NCBI GenBank assembly: GCA_038320275.1
Contig: JBBQEB010000021.1
Location: 1-33,828, forward strand
From: Myxococcales bacterium
Lineage (GTDB): Bacteria; Myxococcota; Myxococcia; Myxococcales; Anaeromyxobacteraceae
Length of the DNA: 33,828 nucleotides
Reading direction: 5' to 3'
Numbering within the stretch: the first letter of the stretch is position 1; each line of letters opens with the position of its first letter. This document shows positions 18,515 through 28,517 of this stretch, one piece after another. Both the position numbers and the translations under genes were made by a program. Under the pieces are notes generated by a model, which saw only the letters and a program-made list of their open reading frames with translations, was not told where the DNA came from and searched no databases.

Positions 18515-19243
18515 ATGGGACCTGTCGAGGTGCTGGGGATGGTGGCCGGGCGGGCGCTGACGCCCATGGTGAAGGCGGGGGCGGCGGTGAAGGGGGACAG
18601 GCTCCTCCACGCGCGCGGCACCACCTATCCGGCCGAGGTGACGGCGCTCGCCGCCTCCGGGGCGGCCGGTGAGCTGGCGGGCCGTCTCGCCGGGCCGGCC
18701 CTGGTCCGCTTTTCCACGGCGCTGTGGCGAACGCGCCCGTGGCCCGACCTGCTCGGCTGCGCGCTGCGGCTCGGCGCCGGCGGGCCCGGCGAGCAGGATC
18801 TCCTCTTCTCCACCGCTCGGCACGTCTTCACCCTGGCGGGCGCGCTCTTCACCACCCGGCGCGACTTCCTCGACAACGACTACTACGCGCTCGCCCCATT
18901 CCGCGCTCCAGGGCTTCGCCGCGTCGAGCTGCGCCTCGTCGCCGCGCACCCGCGGGTGGTGGCGCGCGGCCGCTTCGGACGGCTCGACCAGGCGGTGCGG
19001 AAGGGGTCGGCGCTGCTCCGCATGGATCTGTCCGCGGGCCGCTGGGGCGCCTGGGAGCCGATGGCCGAGATCCAGGTCGGTGCTCCGCCCGCCGGAGAAG
19101 CGCTGCCGACCTTGCGCGCCGACCCGTTCCGCGCGGGCAAGGGGCTCGAGCCGGTGGGATTCCTCAACGCCCTGCGGCGGGCAGCCTACGGCGCGAGCCG
19201 GGAGGCGCCGGACGGATCAGCGAAGCGGGTTCGTCCAACGTAG
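18515..19243 (+). CDS. Small catalase-fold (putative heme-binding) protein
   Basis: RLLHARG, VRFS, DLLGCALR, QDLLFST and C-terminal LNALRRAAYGASR, in catalase-superfamily order; 242 aa. Confidence 0.65.
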   Translation: MGPVEVLGMVAGRALTPMVKAGAAVKGDRLLHARGTTYPAEVTALAASGAAGELAGRLAGPALVRFSTALWRTRPWPDLLGCALRLGAGGPGEQDLLFSTARHVFTLAGALFTTRRDFLDNDYYALAPFRAPGLRRVELRLVAAHPRVVARGRFGRLDQAVRKGSALLRMDLSAGRWGAWEPMAEIQVGAPPAGEALPTLRADPFRAGKGLEPVGFLNALRRAAYGASREAPDGSAKRVRPT

Positions 19244-19645
19244 GCCCGGGAAGCGGCCGAAGTCCGAGTCGTTCGAGTGCAGCTCGCAGCCGTGCTCGAT
19301 GGCGAGGGCCGCGAGGTGCGCGTCGGGCGTGAGGGCACCGGCCACACCCGCGCCGTCCAGCAGCGTCCCCAGGATGGCCAGGTGCCGGGGTCCCGGATCG
19401 AGCGGGAGGATGTGCGGCTGCCGGTACCACGTCTCGACGGCGTCCAGCGCCTCCCGCGGGCGCAGGGGCTTCACCAGCACGGACGGGCTCGTCATCAGAC
19501 GCAGGAACGCCAGGCTCACCGCCCAGGCCAGGCCGACCCCCTCGCCCCCGCGGATGAGCCCTTCCCACCAGCTCCGGGCGCGCTCGTGCTGGGGGACATG
19601 GGCCGCGTAGGCGTAAACGAGCAGGTTCACGTCAGGGACGATCAC
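19217..19645 (-). CDS. vapC: VapC-family PIN-domain toxin
   Basis: DVNLLVYA, DAHLAALAIEHG and SNDSDF acidic PIN motifs; 142 aa. Confidence 0.92.
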   Translation of the reverse strand: MIVPDVNLLVYAYAAHVPQHERARSWWEGLIRGGEGVGLAWAVSLAFLRLMTSPSVLVKPLRPREALDAVETWYRQPHILPLDPGPRHLAILGTLLDGAGVAGALTPDAHLAALAIEHGCELHSNDSDFGRFPGLRWTNPLR

Positions 19646-19898
19646 GCGCCGCCTCCACGACGAAGTCCTCCGAGTCCAGCTCCGCGGCGAGCTGGTTCAG
19701 GCGCAGCGGGTCCACCCCAGTCCGCAAGCCGGTGTCGAAGGGCTCCACCGCGAAGTCGCTCTGGGCGGCGGCGCTCCGCTGGGAAAGCCCGCGACGGAGG
19801 ACGTCGTTGAGCGTCTCCTTGAACGTGGCTCGCCGGGCGTGGGCGAGGCGCGTCAGCTTCTGGGCGACGTCGGGGTCCAGGGTGACGGTGGTGCGCAC
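19632..19898 (-). CDS. vapB: VapB-type antitoxin (ribbon-helix-helix)
   Basis: (M)RTTVTLDPDVAQKL...TFKETLNDVLRRGL; 88 aa; overlaps the toxin start by 14 bp. Confidence 0.88.
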   Translation of the reverse strand: MRTTVTLDPDVAQKLTRLAHARRATFKETLNDVLRRGLSQRSAAAQSDFAVEPFDTGLRTGVDPLRLNQLAAELDSEDFVVEAARDRP

Positions 19899-19902
19899 CC
19901 AG

Positions 19903-19937
19903 GCATCATGATGCTGGCATCCGCGAGCGTCAAGATG
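19903..19937 (-). promoter_or_regulatory. vapBC promoter with overlapping palindromic operator
   Basis: Minus strand TTGACG (19933-19928), 17 nt, CATGAT (19910-19905). Perfect palindrome GCATCATGATGC at 19903-19914, plus further GCATC/GATGC half-sites. Confidence 0.75.
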
Positions 19938-19948
19938 CGTGGCGCCTC

Positions 19949-20344
19949 TCAGTGCTTCAGCCCGCTCGGATGACCCTTCTCCTCCTCGAACCCGTGCGCG
20001 AGGACGAAGTGGTACACGGAGTACGGCTCCTCCTGCGAGCCGCCGACCAGGTCGAACAGGAACTGGCCCGCAGCGCCCCGGCCATCTTCCTCGTCCGGGG
20101 TGGCCTCGACGTAGAGCACGTCGCGCGCGTCGAGCACGAGCTCTCCGACGAGCTGCTTCGCCCAGACGAGCTGGACCACCGGGTTGCGCTCGTGGTCCTC
20201 CTCGATGTTCCAGTGGAAGGCGTCCTGGTCGTGGAGGAAGGTGTCCACGGTGCCCGCGCGGACGATGCAGCTCGCGTGAGTCTTGAGCCACTTCCAGAAG
20301 CGCTCGAAGGTGAGGGTGGTGCCCGTCTCGACGGTGACGCTCAT
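19949..20344 (-). CDS. Hypothetical acidic protein, 131 aa
   Basis: Strong G/C third-position codon bias and a natural globular composition; TACATT -10-like box 8 nt before the ATG. Confidence 0.8.
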   Translation of the reverse strand: MSVTVETGTTLTFERFWKWLKTHASCIVRAGTVDTFLHDQDAFHWNIEEDHERNPVVQLVWAKQLVGELVLDARDVLYVEATPDEEDGRGAAGQFLFDLVGGSQEEPYSVYHFVLAHGFEEEKGHPSGLKH

Positions 20345-20408
20345 GGAGCGGCAATGTACCCTGCCATCGCCCGCCGCGCAGAGGTCGATGTCGCGCTAGG
20401 ATGCGCCG

Positions 20409-20630
20409 ATGGATCTCCCCGACTCCGCTGCCCGCGCTCTCGACACTCTGCGGCTGCAGGGGAGGGGGCTGCGGTTCGAGGTGGCGAAGCTGTGCGGCGA
20501 GGAGCGCCACCGGCTCTCCGTGCGGTATCTGGATGCGGAAAGCCGCGAGGTGCGGCTCGGGCTGCTCTACGACGAGGATAAGGCCGCGCTCGAGCGGCTG
20601 CGCGAGCGCCTGGCTCAGCCTCCCGTGTGA
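20409..20630 (+). CDS. Hypothetical small protein, 73 aa
   Basis: Fills the gap between neighbours with typical codon usage; TAGGAT 6 nt before the ATG. Confidence 0.65.
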   Translation: MDLPDSAARALDTLRLQGRGLRFEVAKLCGEERHRLSVRYLDAESREVRLGLLYDEDKAALERLRERLAQPPV

Positions 20631-20649
20631 CCACGCTGTGAGGTGAGGC

Positions 20650-21762
20650 TCAGCCCGGCCAGCCGACGCGCTGGACGAGCCAGAAGCACCCCAGCGCGCC
20701 GATGGCCGCCGAGGCCGCGCGCACGCCGCCGCGCGCGAACGACTCCCTCCGCCGCAGGAAGGCGAGCACCGGGAAGGCCAGCGCGACGATGGCAAGCTGT
20801 CCGAGCTCCACGCCCAGGTTGAAGGTGACGAGGCTCGTGGCGAGCGCGCTGCGCGGCAGGTGCAGGTCGCGCAGGACGCTCGCGAACCCGAACCCGTGGA
20901 CGAGCCCGAAGGCAAAGGTGATCCGCCAGCGCCGCTCGATCGCGACCGCCTCGGCGGAGGGCCCCGCGCTGCGCCGCAGCGCCCACAGGTTCTCCGCCGC
21001 GACGAAGACGATGCTCCCGGCGATGAGCGGCTCGACGAGCCGGGCCGGGGGCACGACGAGATCGAGCGCCGCGAGCGCGAGCGAGATCGAGTGCGCGACG
21101 GTGAAGCTCGTCACCACCTTCACCAGCCCGCGCAGCGTGCCGCCCAGCAGGAGCAGCCCGAGCAGGAAGGCGATGTGGTCGTAGCCGGTGAAGATGTGCT
21201 CGACGCCCAAGGCAAGGAACTTCCGGGCTTGGGCCAGCGAGCTCGGCGGCCCCTCCACCTCGAAGGTGGGCGCGTCCGCCCGGGCCACGCGTTCATGCCG
21301 CTGCCCGCCGAGCTCGACGGTGGCGAGGTGGGTGTGGCCACGGGAGGTCGAGCGCAGGAATCCAAGGCTCACCTCCAGGCGCTCCACCGGGGAGGGGCAG
21401 GTCCAGGCCCCCGAGAGCGCGATCCCGTCGGGCGGCTCGGGCGAGGTGCCCTCTGAGGCGAGGACGCAAGGCGCCCCATCCCCCCGGATCGAGATGGAGC
21501 CGAGCGCAGCCTCCAGGAATTGCCGGCTCGTCGGGTCGAGCGCCAGGCGCGCTCCGGTCACCTCCCGGACCGAGAGCCTGAGCCGCAGGTGGACGGTCCG
21601 CCCGCTCACGTGGATCTCGCTCGTGCTCACGCCCACCTGATGCCCGAGCGCCAGGGCGGGCGCGAGGAGCGCTACGAGTCCGGCCCAGGACCGCCGCGAA
21701 GCGAGGGGAAAGCGCCTCTCGGCGGGTGGGCCCGGGCCCCCCCGTTCTCCTCGGGGAGGCAA
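20650..21762 (-). CDS. HupE/UreJ-family membrane protein with an N-terminal extracytoplasmic domain (start uncertain)
   Basis: Signal-like LVALLAPALALGH, then GVEHIFTGYDH, FTVAHSISL, FGLVHGFGF and FNLGVELGQ. Confidence 0.85.
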   Translation of the reverse strand: MPPRGERGGPGPPAERRFPLASRRSWAGLVALLAPALALGHQVGVSTSEIHVSGRTVHLRLRLSVREVTGARLALDPTSRQFLEAALGSISIRGDGAPCVLASEGTSPEPPDGIALSGAWTCPSPVERLEVSLGFLRSTSRGHTHLATVELGGQRHERVARADAPTFEVEGPPSSLAQARKFLALGVEHIFTGYDHIAFLLGLLLLGGTLRGLVKVVTSFTVAHSISLALAALDLVVPPARLVEPLIAGSIVFVAAENLWALRRSAGPSAEAVAIERRWRITFAFGLVHGFGFASVLRDLHLPRSALATSLVTFNLGVELGQLAIVALAFPVLAFLRRRESFARGGVRAASAAIGALGCFWLVQRVGWPG

Positions 21763-21766
21763 GGCC

Positions 21767-22768
21767 TCAACCCATTCTCGGAAGCAGGTACGCCAGCGAC
21801 CTTGCGTACCGGTAGTCGATCCCGCGGTGGCCGTCGTCGAACTCCTGGTGCTCCACCTCGACGCCGCCCTGCCGGAGCGATTCGGCCACCATGCGAGCGC
21901 CCCAGCGCAGGCGGAACTCGTCGCGCGTGCCGCAGTCGAGGTACGCGCTCCGCAGGCGCCGGAAGGCGTCCAGCCGGCGCGGGACGAAGCGAACGGGGTC
22001 GTGCTCCAGCCAGCGGGCCCAGACCCCTTCGCGCAGGCGCGCAGTGGCCGGGTCGAAGGGGAGCTCCAGGCCGAGCTCCTCGCCGGCGCGGGGAGAGTAG
22101 GCAGCCGCCATGGCGAGGACGTTCAGGACCTCGTGGTCGCTTCCGCGCAGCCGCGTCTCACGCCCGCGGATCGCCATGTCCGCGAACCAGGCGGCGGGGC
22201 TCGAGCCCTGCAGCGCCGCGGCCACCTCCGGAAAGTCGGGAAGGTAGCAGTACTCGAAGGCAGCATCCCCGGCGTGGGAGGCCACGTGCCCGAACACCTC
22301 GGGATGGTGGGCGCCCATCACCAGCGCGCCGTAGCCGCCCGAGCTCTTGCCCACCACCGCGCGCGCGCTCGCCGAGGGCAGCGTGCGCCAGCGGGAGCCC
22401 GCGAAGCCCACCACGTCGCGGGCGAGGTAGTCGCGGTAGCTCCCGATGGCGGCGCTGTTCACCCACTGCGAGCCGCCGAGGGCGCTCCACCCGTCGACGA
22501 AGACCGCCACGAAGGGGGGCAGGGCGCCCGCGACCACCAGCTCGTCGATGCGCTCCGGCACGGTGGGCGAGAAGGCGGATCGCTGAACCCAGCCGCGGAC
22601 CGTCCCCGTGAAGCCGTGCAGGAAGTACACGGCAGGGTAGCGCGCCTCCCCCCCACCGTCGTACCCGGGAGGCAGCCAGGCCAGCAGCTCCCTCCGCGAG
22701 GGGTCGCCGAGGGGATTGCCGCGCAGCGAAGGTGCGTCGAGCTCGACCCACTCCAGCCGTCCCTGCAT
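21767..22768 (-). CDS. Alpha/beta-hydrolase, enterochelin-esterase-like
   Basis: LRGNPLGDP, YFLHGF, nucleophile motif GKSSGG, DCG..DE and FDDGH. Confidence 0.9.
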   Translation of the reverse strand: MQGRLEWVELDAPSLRGNPLGDPSRRELLAWLPPGYDGGGEARYPAVYFLHGFTGTVRGWVQRSAFSPTVPERIDELVVAGALPPFVAVFVDGWSALGGSQWVNSAAIGSYRDYLARDVVGFAGSRWRTLPSASARAVVGKSSGGYGALVMGAHHPEVFGHVASHAGDAAFEYCYLPDFPEVAAALQGSSPAAWFADMAIRGRETRLRGSDHEVLNVLAMAAAYSPRAGEELGLELPFDPATARLREGVWARWLEHDPVRFVPRRLDAFRRLRSAYLDCGTRDEFRLRWGARMVAESLRQGGVEVEHQEFDDGHRGIDYRYARSLAYLLPRMG

Positions 22769-22932
22769 GATCCCCCCCGCGCGGTGAGGGAGCCATCATG
22801 TCTGGCCCGCTCGCCGCGCGCCCGCGGCGCCGCGCCTCGGCCCGCGTTCGCGTAACTCAGGCCACCGGACGGTGCAGTGCGCCCCGCGTCTCGATCCGGG
22901 CCGGTGCCCGCCGGGGCACTCGTGTCGCGGCG

Positions 22933-24036
22933 CTAGTGCGTCAGCTCCGGCGCCACGCGGTACACCTCGCTCAGCACCTCGTCAGGCACCATCGTGTTCC
23001 AGTGGCCGGTCGCCTTCGCCAGGAGCCAGACCGCAAGCAGCGTCGCCACCGCCGTCGCGGGCACGAGCCAGGGGGTGAGGCCCTTCTTTCCCCGCCGGGT
23101 GGTGGTGAGGCAGTCGGCCACCGTGCAGGCCGCCACGCAGGACATGCAGCCGGTGCACTCGGCCGTCCAGACGGAGTCTCGCGCGTGCACCGGGATGTCG
23201 ACCGGGCAGGCGCGCGAGCAGGCCCGGCAATCGTTGCAGGTGGAGGGATCGCGGACGACCTTCTGCGGTGACGCGAGGCTCGCCAGCCCGAGGAGCGCGC
23301 CGTACGGGCAGAGGTAGCGGCACCAGAAGTTCTTCACCACCACCGACAGGGCCACCAGCGTCCCGAGCACGATCGCCCCGGTCTGCGTGAGGCCCTGGAA
23401 GAAGAGCAGCATCTTCGCGTCGGCGGCCAGGTTGAACGGCGACCGCATGAAGGCGTCGAGCGCGAAGGCCGGCATCTGGATCACGACCGCCCAGAGAAAG
23501 AGGCCCAGCAGGATGTACTTGAGCGAGAGGAGCGGGAGGTCGAGCCAGAGCGGGATGCGCAGCGCGCGCCCGTGCCGCCAGAGCGTCTTCTTCCCCACCC
23601 ACTCCAGCGCGCGCGAGAGCGTGCCCACCGGGCAGACCCAGGAGCAGAACGCCTTCCGGGCGGCGAAGGAGCAGCCGATCGCGCCGAGCAGGATGGCGAG
23701 GCCGGCGGGGTGGATGTCGTCCCAGGTGCCCCGGAGGAGGAAGCGCTTCAGCCCGACGAGCGCGCTGATGGGGAGGAACGCCTCCACCGCCGGTGGGCGC
23801 GACGCCGTGAGCGGCCCGCCCCCGACCGCCTGCTGGTAGAAGCGCCAGAACTCGAGGCCCACCAGCGAGAGGAACGCTGCGTAGCCGAGCTGCACCGCCC
23901 ACCGGACGCGGGGCAGCCGCCGGTACGGGTTGGTCCACTTCTCGGCGCGCATCGACCCTGGCGAGGACGGGCCGCGGTCCGGCGAAGCGGGCGGCGGCTT
24001 GGGTGCGCCGAGGGTGACGAGAGGCATCGTGGACAC
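22933..24036 (-). CDS. Membrane 4Fe-4S binding protein (NapH/YccM-like); start at 24036, 24027 or 23952
   Basis: VEAFLPI, FCSWVCP, WCRYLCP, CNDCRACSRACP and CTGCMSCVAAC, with TM helices. Confidence 0.88.
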   Translation of the reverse strand: MSTMPLVTLGAPKPPPASPDRGPSSPGSMRAEKWTNPYRRLPRVRWAVQLGYAAFLSLVGLEFWRFYQQAVGGGPLTASRPPAVEAFLPISALVGLKRFLLRGTWDDIHPAGLAILLGAIGCSFAARKAFCSWVCPVGTLSRALEWVGKKTLWRHGRALRIPLWLDLPLLSLKYILLGLFLWAVVIQMPAFALDAFMRSPFNLAADAKMLLFFQGLTQTGAIVLGTLVALSVVVKNFWCRYLCPYGALLGLASLASPQKVVRDPSTCNDCRACSRACPVDIPVHARDSVWTAECTGCMSCVAACTVADCLTTTRRGKKGLTPWLVPATAVATLLAVWLLAKATGHWNTMVPDEVLSEVYRVAPELTH

Positions 24037-25466
24037 GAGCGGTCTTCTACCTTTCAAGCCCGGTCCCGGGAAAGGTGGGAGCAGGTCTCACCCCCTGCGG
24101 ACCGCCGGCGCGACGCGCGCGGGCGGCGAGGGGTTCGGCCGTCCGTCACGACCGCAGGGACAGGCGTTTTCCGGGGGGGCGCCCATCTTCGAAACGGCTG
24201 ATGCTCCCGCTCCTCTTCCCCGCAGCCTGCGGTAAAACGACGCAGTGTCGAAGCGCTCCTCTCCCTGGGCCAGCCTCGCAGGCGGCCTTCCGCCGGCGTT
24301 CTGGTGGCTCTGGACCGGCATGCTGGTGAACCGCCTGGGCGGGTTCGTGGTGCCGTTCCTGGCCATCTACCTGACGGAGCGGCGAGGCGCGTCGGCCGCG
24401 CAGGCGGGCCTCATCGGCTCCTTGTGGGGGCTAGGAGCCATCGCTTCCGGCCCGGTGGGCGGCACGCTCGCCGATCGCTTCGGGCGCCGGGTGACGATGG
24501 CGGGCGGCCTCGCGGTGGGGGGCGCCGGCATGCTCGCGCTGGGCTTCGTGGAGCGGCTTCCGGCCCTCGGCGCCGGGATGCTCCTGCTGGGCTTCGCCAC
24601 CGAGACCTTCCGCCCCGCCATGCAGGCGTCGATCGCCGACCTGGTCGAGGACCCCGCCGCGCGCGCCCGCGCCTTCGGCCTCGTCTACTGGGCAGTGAAC
24701 CTCGGCTTTGCGGTGGCGCTCGTCGCCGCTGGCGCGCTGGCCAGCGTCTCGTACCGGCTGCTCTTCGCCCTCGACGGCGCCACCACGCTCCTCTTCGCCG
24801 GTCTCATCCTTCTGAAGGTGCCGGAGACGCAGCCGGCAGGCGCCCGGCGCGGAGAGGGAAACCCGCTCGCGGGGCTCCTCCTCGCGCTCGGCGACCGGAC
24901 GCTGGCGGCGTTCATCGGCCTCAACTTCCTCTTCGCGCTCCTCCTCTGGCAGGGCCACATGGCCTTCCCCATCGACCTTCGGGCCAAGGGCTTCTCGCCG
25001 GCGGTCTACGGAGCGCTGATGGCGCTGAACGGCGTCGTCATCGTGCTGGTGCAGCCGTTCGTCACCCGGGCGCTCGGGCGGAGGGACGTCTCGCGCGTGC
25101 TCGCCGCCGCGGGGCTCCTCGCCGGCGCGGGCTGGGGCGCGAACGCCTTCGCGCGCTCGGTGCCGCTCGTGGCGGCTGGGATCCTGGTGTGGACGCTGGG
25201 TGAGATCGCCAACAACCCCACTGGCGCGGCGCTGGTGGCGGAGCTCGCGCCAGCCCACCTGCGCGGCCGGTACGGAGGAGCCTACTCGCTCTCATGGGCG
25301 AGCGCGTCGGCGGTCGGCCCCTTCGCGGGCGCGTGGGTCCTGGGCCGGTTCGGGCGCGAAGCGCTCTGGGGCGGCTGCTTCGCGCTCGGCCTCGCCGTCG
25401 CGCTGGGCCATCTCGCGGCGGCGCCCGACCGCAGGCGGCGGCTTGCCGGCCTTGCTCGCCGGGAGG

Positions 25467-26654
<1,188 letters not shown>

Positions 26655-26660
26655 GGCCGC

Positions 26661-27830
26661 TCACGACCTCCCGGAGCGCTGCTGCTCGCGCTCGATGGAC
26701 TCGAACAGGGCGCGAAAGTTCCCGGCCCCGAAACCTTGGTCCCCCTTGCGCTGGATGATCTCGTAGAAGAACGGCCCGGCCCGCGCGTCGCCGTAGAGCC
26801 CGGCGGAGTCCTCCAGGAAGATCTGGAGCAGGTAGCTGCCCGGCGCACCGCCATCGACCAGGATCTGGAGCTCGCGCAGCGTCCCGACCTCCTCCTGCAG
26901 CGCTCCCACGCCGATCTCCTCCAGGCGCTGGGGCAGCATGTCGTAGTAGCTGCCGGGCGTCGGCATGAAGTGGACGCCGCCCTCCCGCAGACCTCGCACC
27001 GCCGAGACGATGTCCTCCACCGTCAGCGCCGCGTGCTGGATCCCGTCGCCGCGCTGGTCCTCGTGGAAGATGTTGATCTGCGAGCTCTTGAAGGCCGGCC
27101 GCCAGGGCTCGTTGTTCGCGAACTTCACCCCGCTCGTCGGGTCGCGCATCACGATGGAGCGCAGCCCCGAGCCCTTGGCCTGCATCGCCTTCCTGCGGGC
27201 GTCGCTGGCGGCCTCGGCGGTGTGGAACTCGACCTCCCAGAACTCCTCGAACCCGAGCACGTGCTCCATCCACAGGAGCGCCGGCTTCATGGTCTCGAAG
27301 TTGGCGGTGATGTGGTCGACCTGCCCGAAGTGGTAGCGGTTCGCGCCGCCCTTCGGCGACGGGTGGACCCGCAGGCCGGGGTAGAGCCCGGCGAAGCCGC
27401 GCCGCTCCACGAAGCGGAAGGTGGTGTCGCCAAACGGCGTCGTGACGTTGAAGGTGGCGAGGGAGCCGCCGCCGTCCTCCGCTCGCTCCACGTCGGTGAC
27501 CGGCGTCGCGCCGCGCTCCTCCAGGAGCCGGAAGCAGCGATCGATGTCCTCCACCTCGAAGATGAGCGAACCGACGCCGTCCGGATGCTTCCGGAGCCAG
27601 CGCGAGGCTCGACCCCCGTCGCCCGCGGGCTCCGAGCAGACCACGCGCACGCCCGCAGCCTCGAACACCGCGGAGCGCTGGTGGCCCTCGCGCTGCAGCT
27701 CGGGGGAGGAGACGGCCGTCTCCGCGAAGTCGAGCCTGCCCGTGTAGAAGCGGCGGCTACGCTCCAGGTCGTGCACGTACGCGTGCAGCCCCTCCAGGCG
27801 GACGATTCCGATGGGCTCGAGCGCGGGCAT
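26661..27830 (-). CDS. hppD: 4-hydroxyphenylpyruvate dioxygenase
   Basis: DHITAN, GLRSIV, NEP, GIQHAAL, YLLQIF and FFYEIIQRKG.GFGAGNFRALFESIEREQ. Confidence 0.94.
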   Translation of the reverse strand: MPALEPIGIVRLEGLHAYVHDLERSRRFYTGRLDFAETAVSSPELQREGHQRSAVFEAAGVRVVCSEPAGDGGRASRWLRKHPDGVGSLIFEVEDIDRCFRLLEERGATPVTDVERAEDGGGSLATFNVTTPFGDTTFRFVERRGFAGLYPGLRVHPSPKGGANRYHFGQVDHITANFETMKPALLWMEHVLGFEEFWEVEFHTAEAASDARRKAMQAKGSGLRSIVMRDPTSGVKFANNEPWRPAFKSSQINIFHEDQRGDGIQHAALTVEDIVSAVRGLREGGVHFMPTPGSYYDMLPQRLEEIGVGALQEEVGTLRELQILVDGGAPGSYLLQIFLEDSAGLYGDARAGPFFYEIIQRKGDQGFGAGNFRALFESIEREQQRSGRS

Positions 27831-27836
27831 CGTTCG

Positions 27837-28517
27837 TCAGCTCCTCTCCTCGGGCGGCGCGTCGGGCTGCACGCCCGGCAGCGACCGGAGGAAGGGCTCC
27901 AGGGTGGCGCAGGCGGCCTCGACCCGGAGCAGGGTCGGGAAGTTGGAGACGTCCACGCCGTAGCGGCGCGCCCCGTAGAGCTGCGGCACGAGGTAGATGT
28001 CGGCGAGGGTGACCTCGTCCCCGTGGCAGAAGCGCCCGGCTCCGTCGCGCACGGCGCGCTCCAGCCCTTCCAGCCCCTTGCCCAGCCAGTGCCGCACCCA
28101 CTCGTCCTGCAGCCCGCCGCGCGCCTTCAGCCACTTGAGCGGCGCCTGGTTCTGGTACGGCTGGATGCCCGAGTTCACGTGCTCGGCGAGCGCGCGCACC
28201 CGGGCGCGGCCCCACAGGTCGGCAGGGAGGAGCGCAGGGGAGGGGAAGCGCTCGTCCAGCCAGGCGAGGATGGCCATCGACTGCACCAGGTAGCGGACCT
28301 GGCCGCCCTCGCGCACCTCCAGCACCGGCACCTGGTGGAGCGGGCTTCGCACGCCGTGGTTGGGCGACCACTGCACGCCCGAGCGCAGATCGACCGTGCG
28401 GTGCTCGAAGGCGAGCGCCTTGAGGTGCAGCCCGATGCGCACGCGCCAGGTGGACGAGCTGCGCCAGTAGCCGTGGAGGGCCAGCTCGGTCCCGCGCTCG
28501 CCTCCGGAGCGGGTCAT
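27837..28517 (-). CDS. maiA: Maleylacetoacetate isomerase (GST zeta)
   Basis: YWRSSSTWRVRI, QVPVL, QSMAI, SGIQP and QPDAP. Confidence 0.93.
   Translation of the reverse strand: MTRSGGERGTELALHGYWRSSSTWRVRIGLHLKALAFEHRTVDLRSGVQWSPNHGVRSPLHQVPVLEVREGGQVRYLVQSMAILAWLDERFPSPALLPADLWGRARVRALAEHVNSGIQPYQNQAPLKWLKARGGLQDEWVRHWLGKGLEGLERAVRDGAGRFCHGDEVTLADIYLVPQLYGARRYGVDVSNFPTLLRVEAACATLEPFLRSLPGVQPDAPPEERS

Noticed and set aside
22876..22920. GC hairpin (GTGCCC-GCCG-GGGCAC) after the 4Fe-4S gene as a terminator or ncRNA
   Set aside because: Short stem with no U-tract; expected by chance at this GC content.
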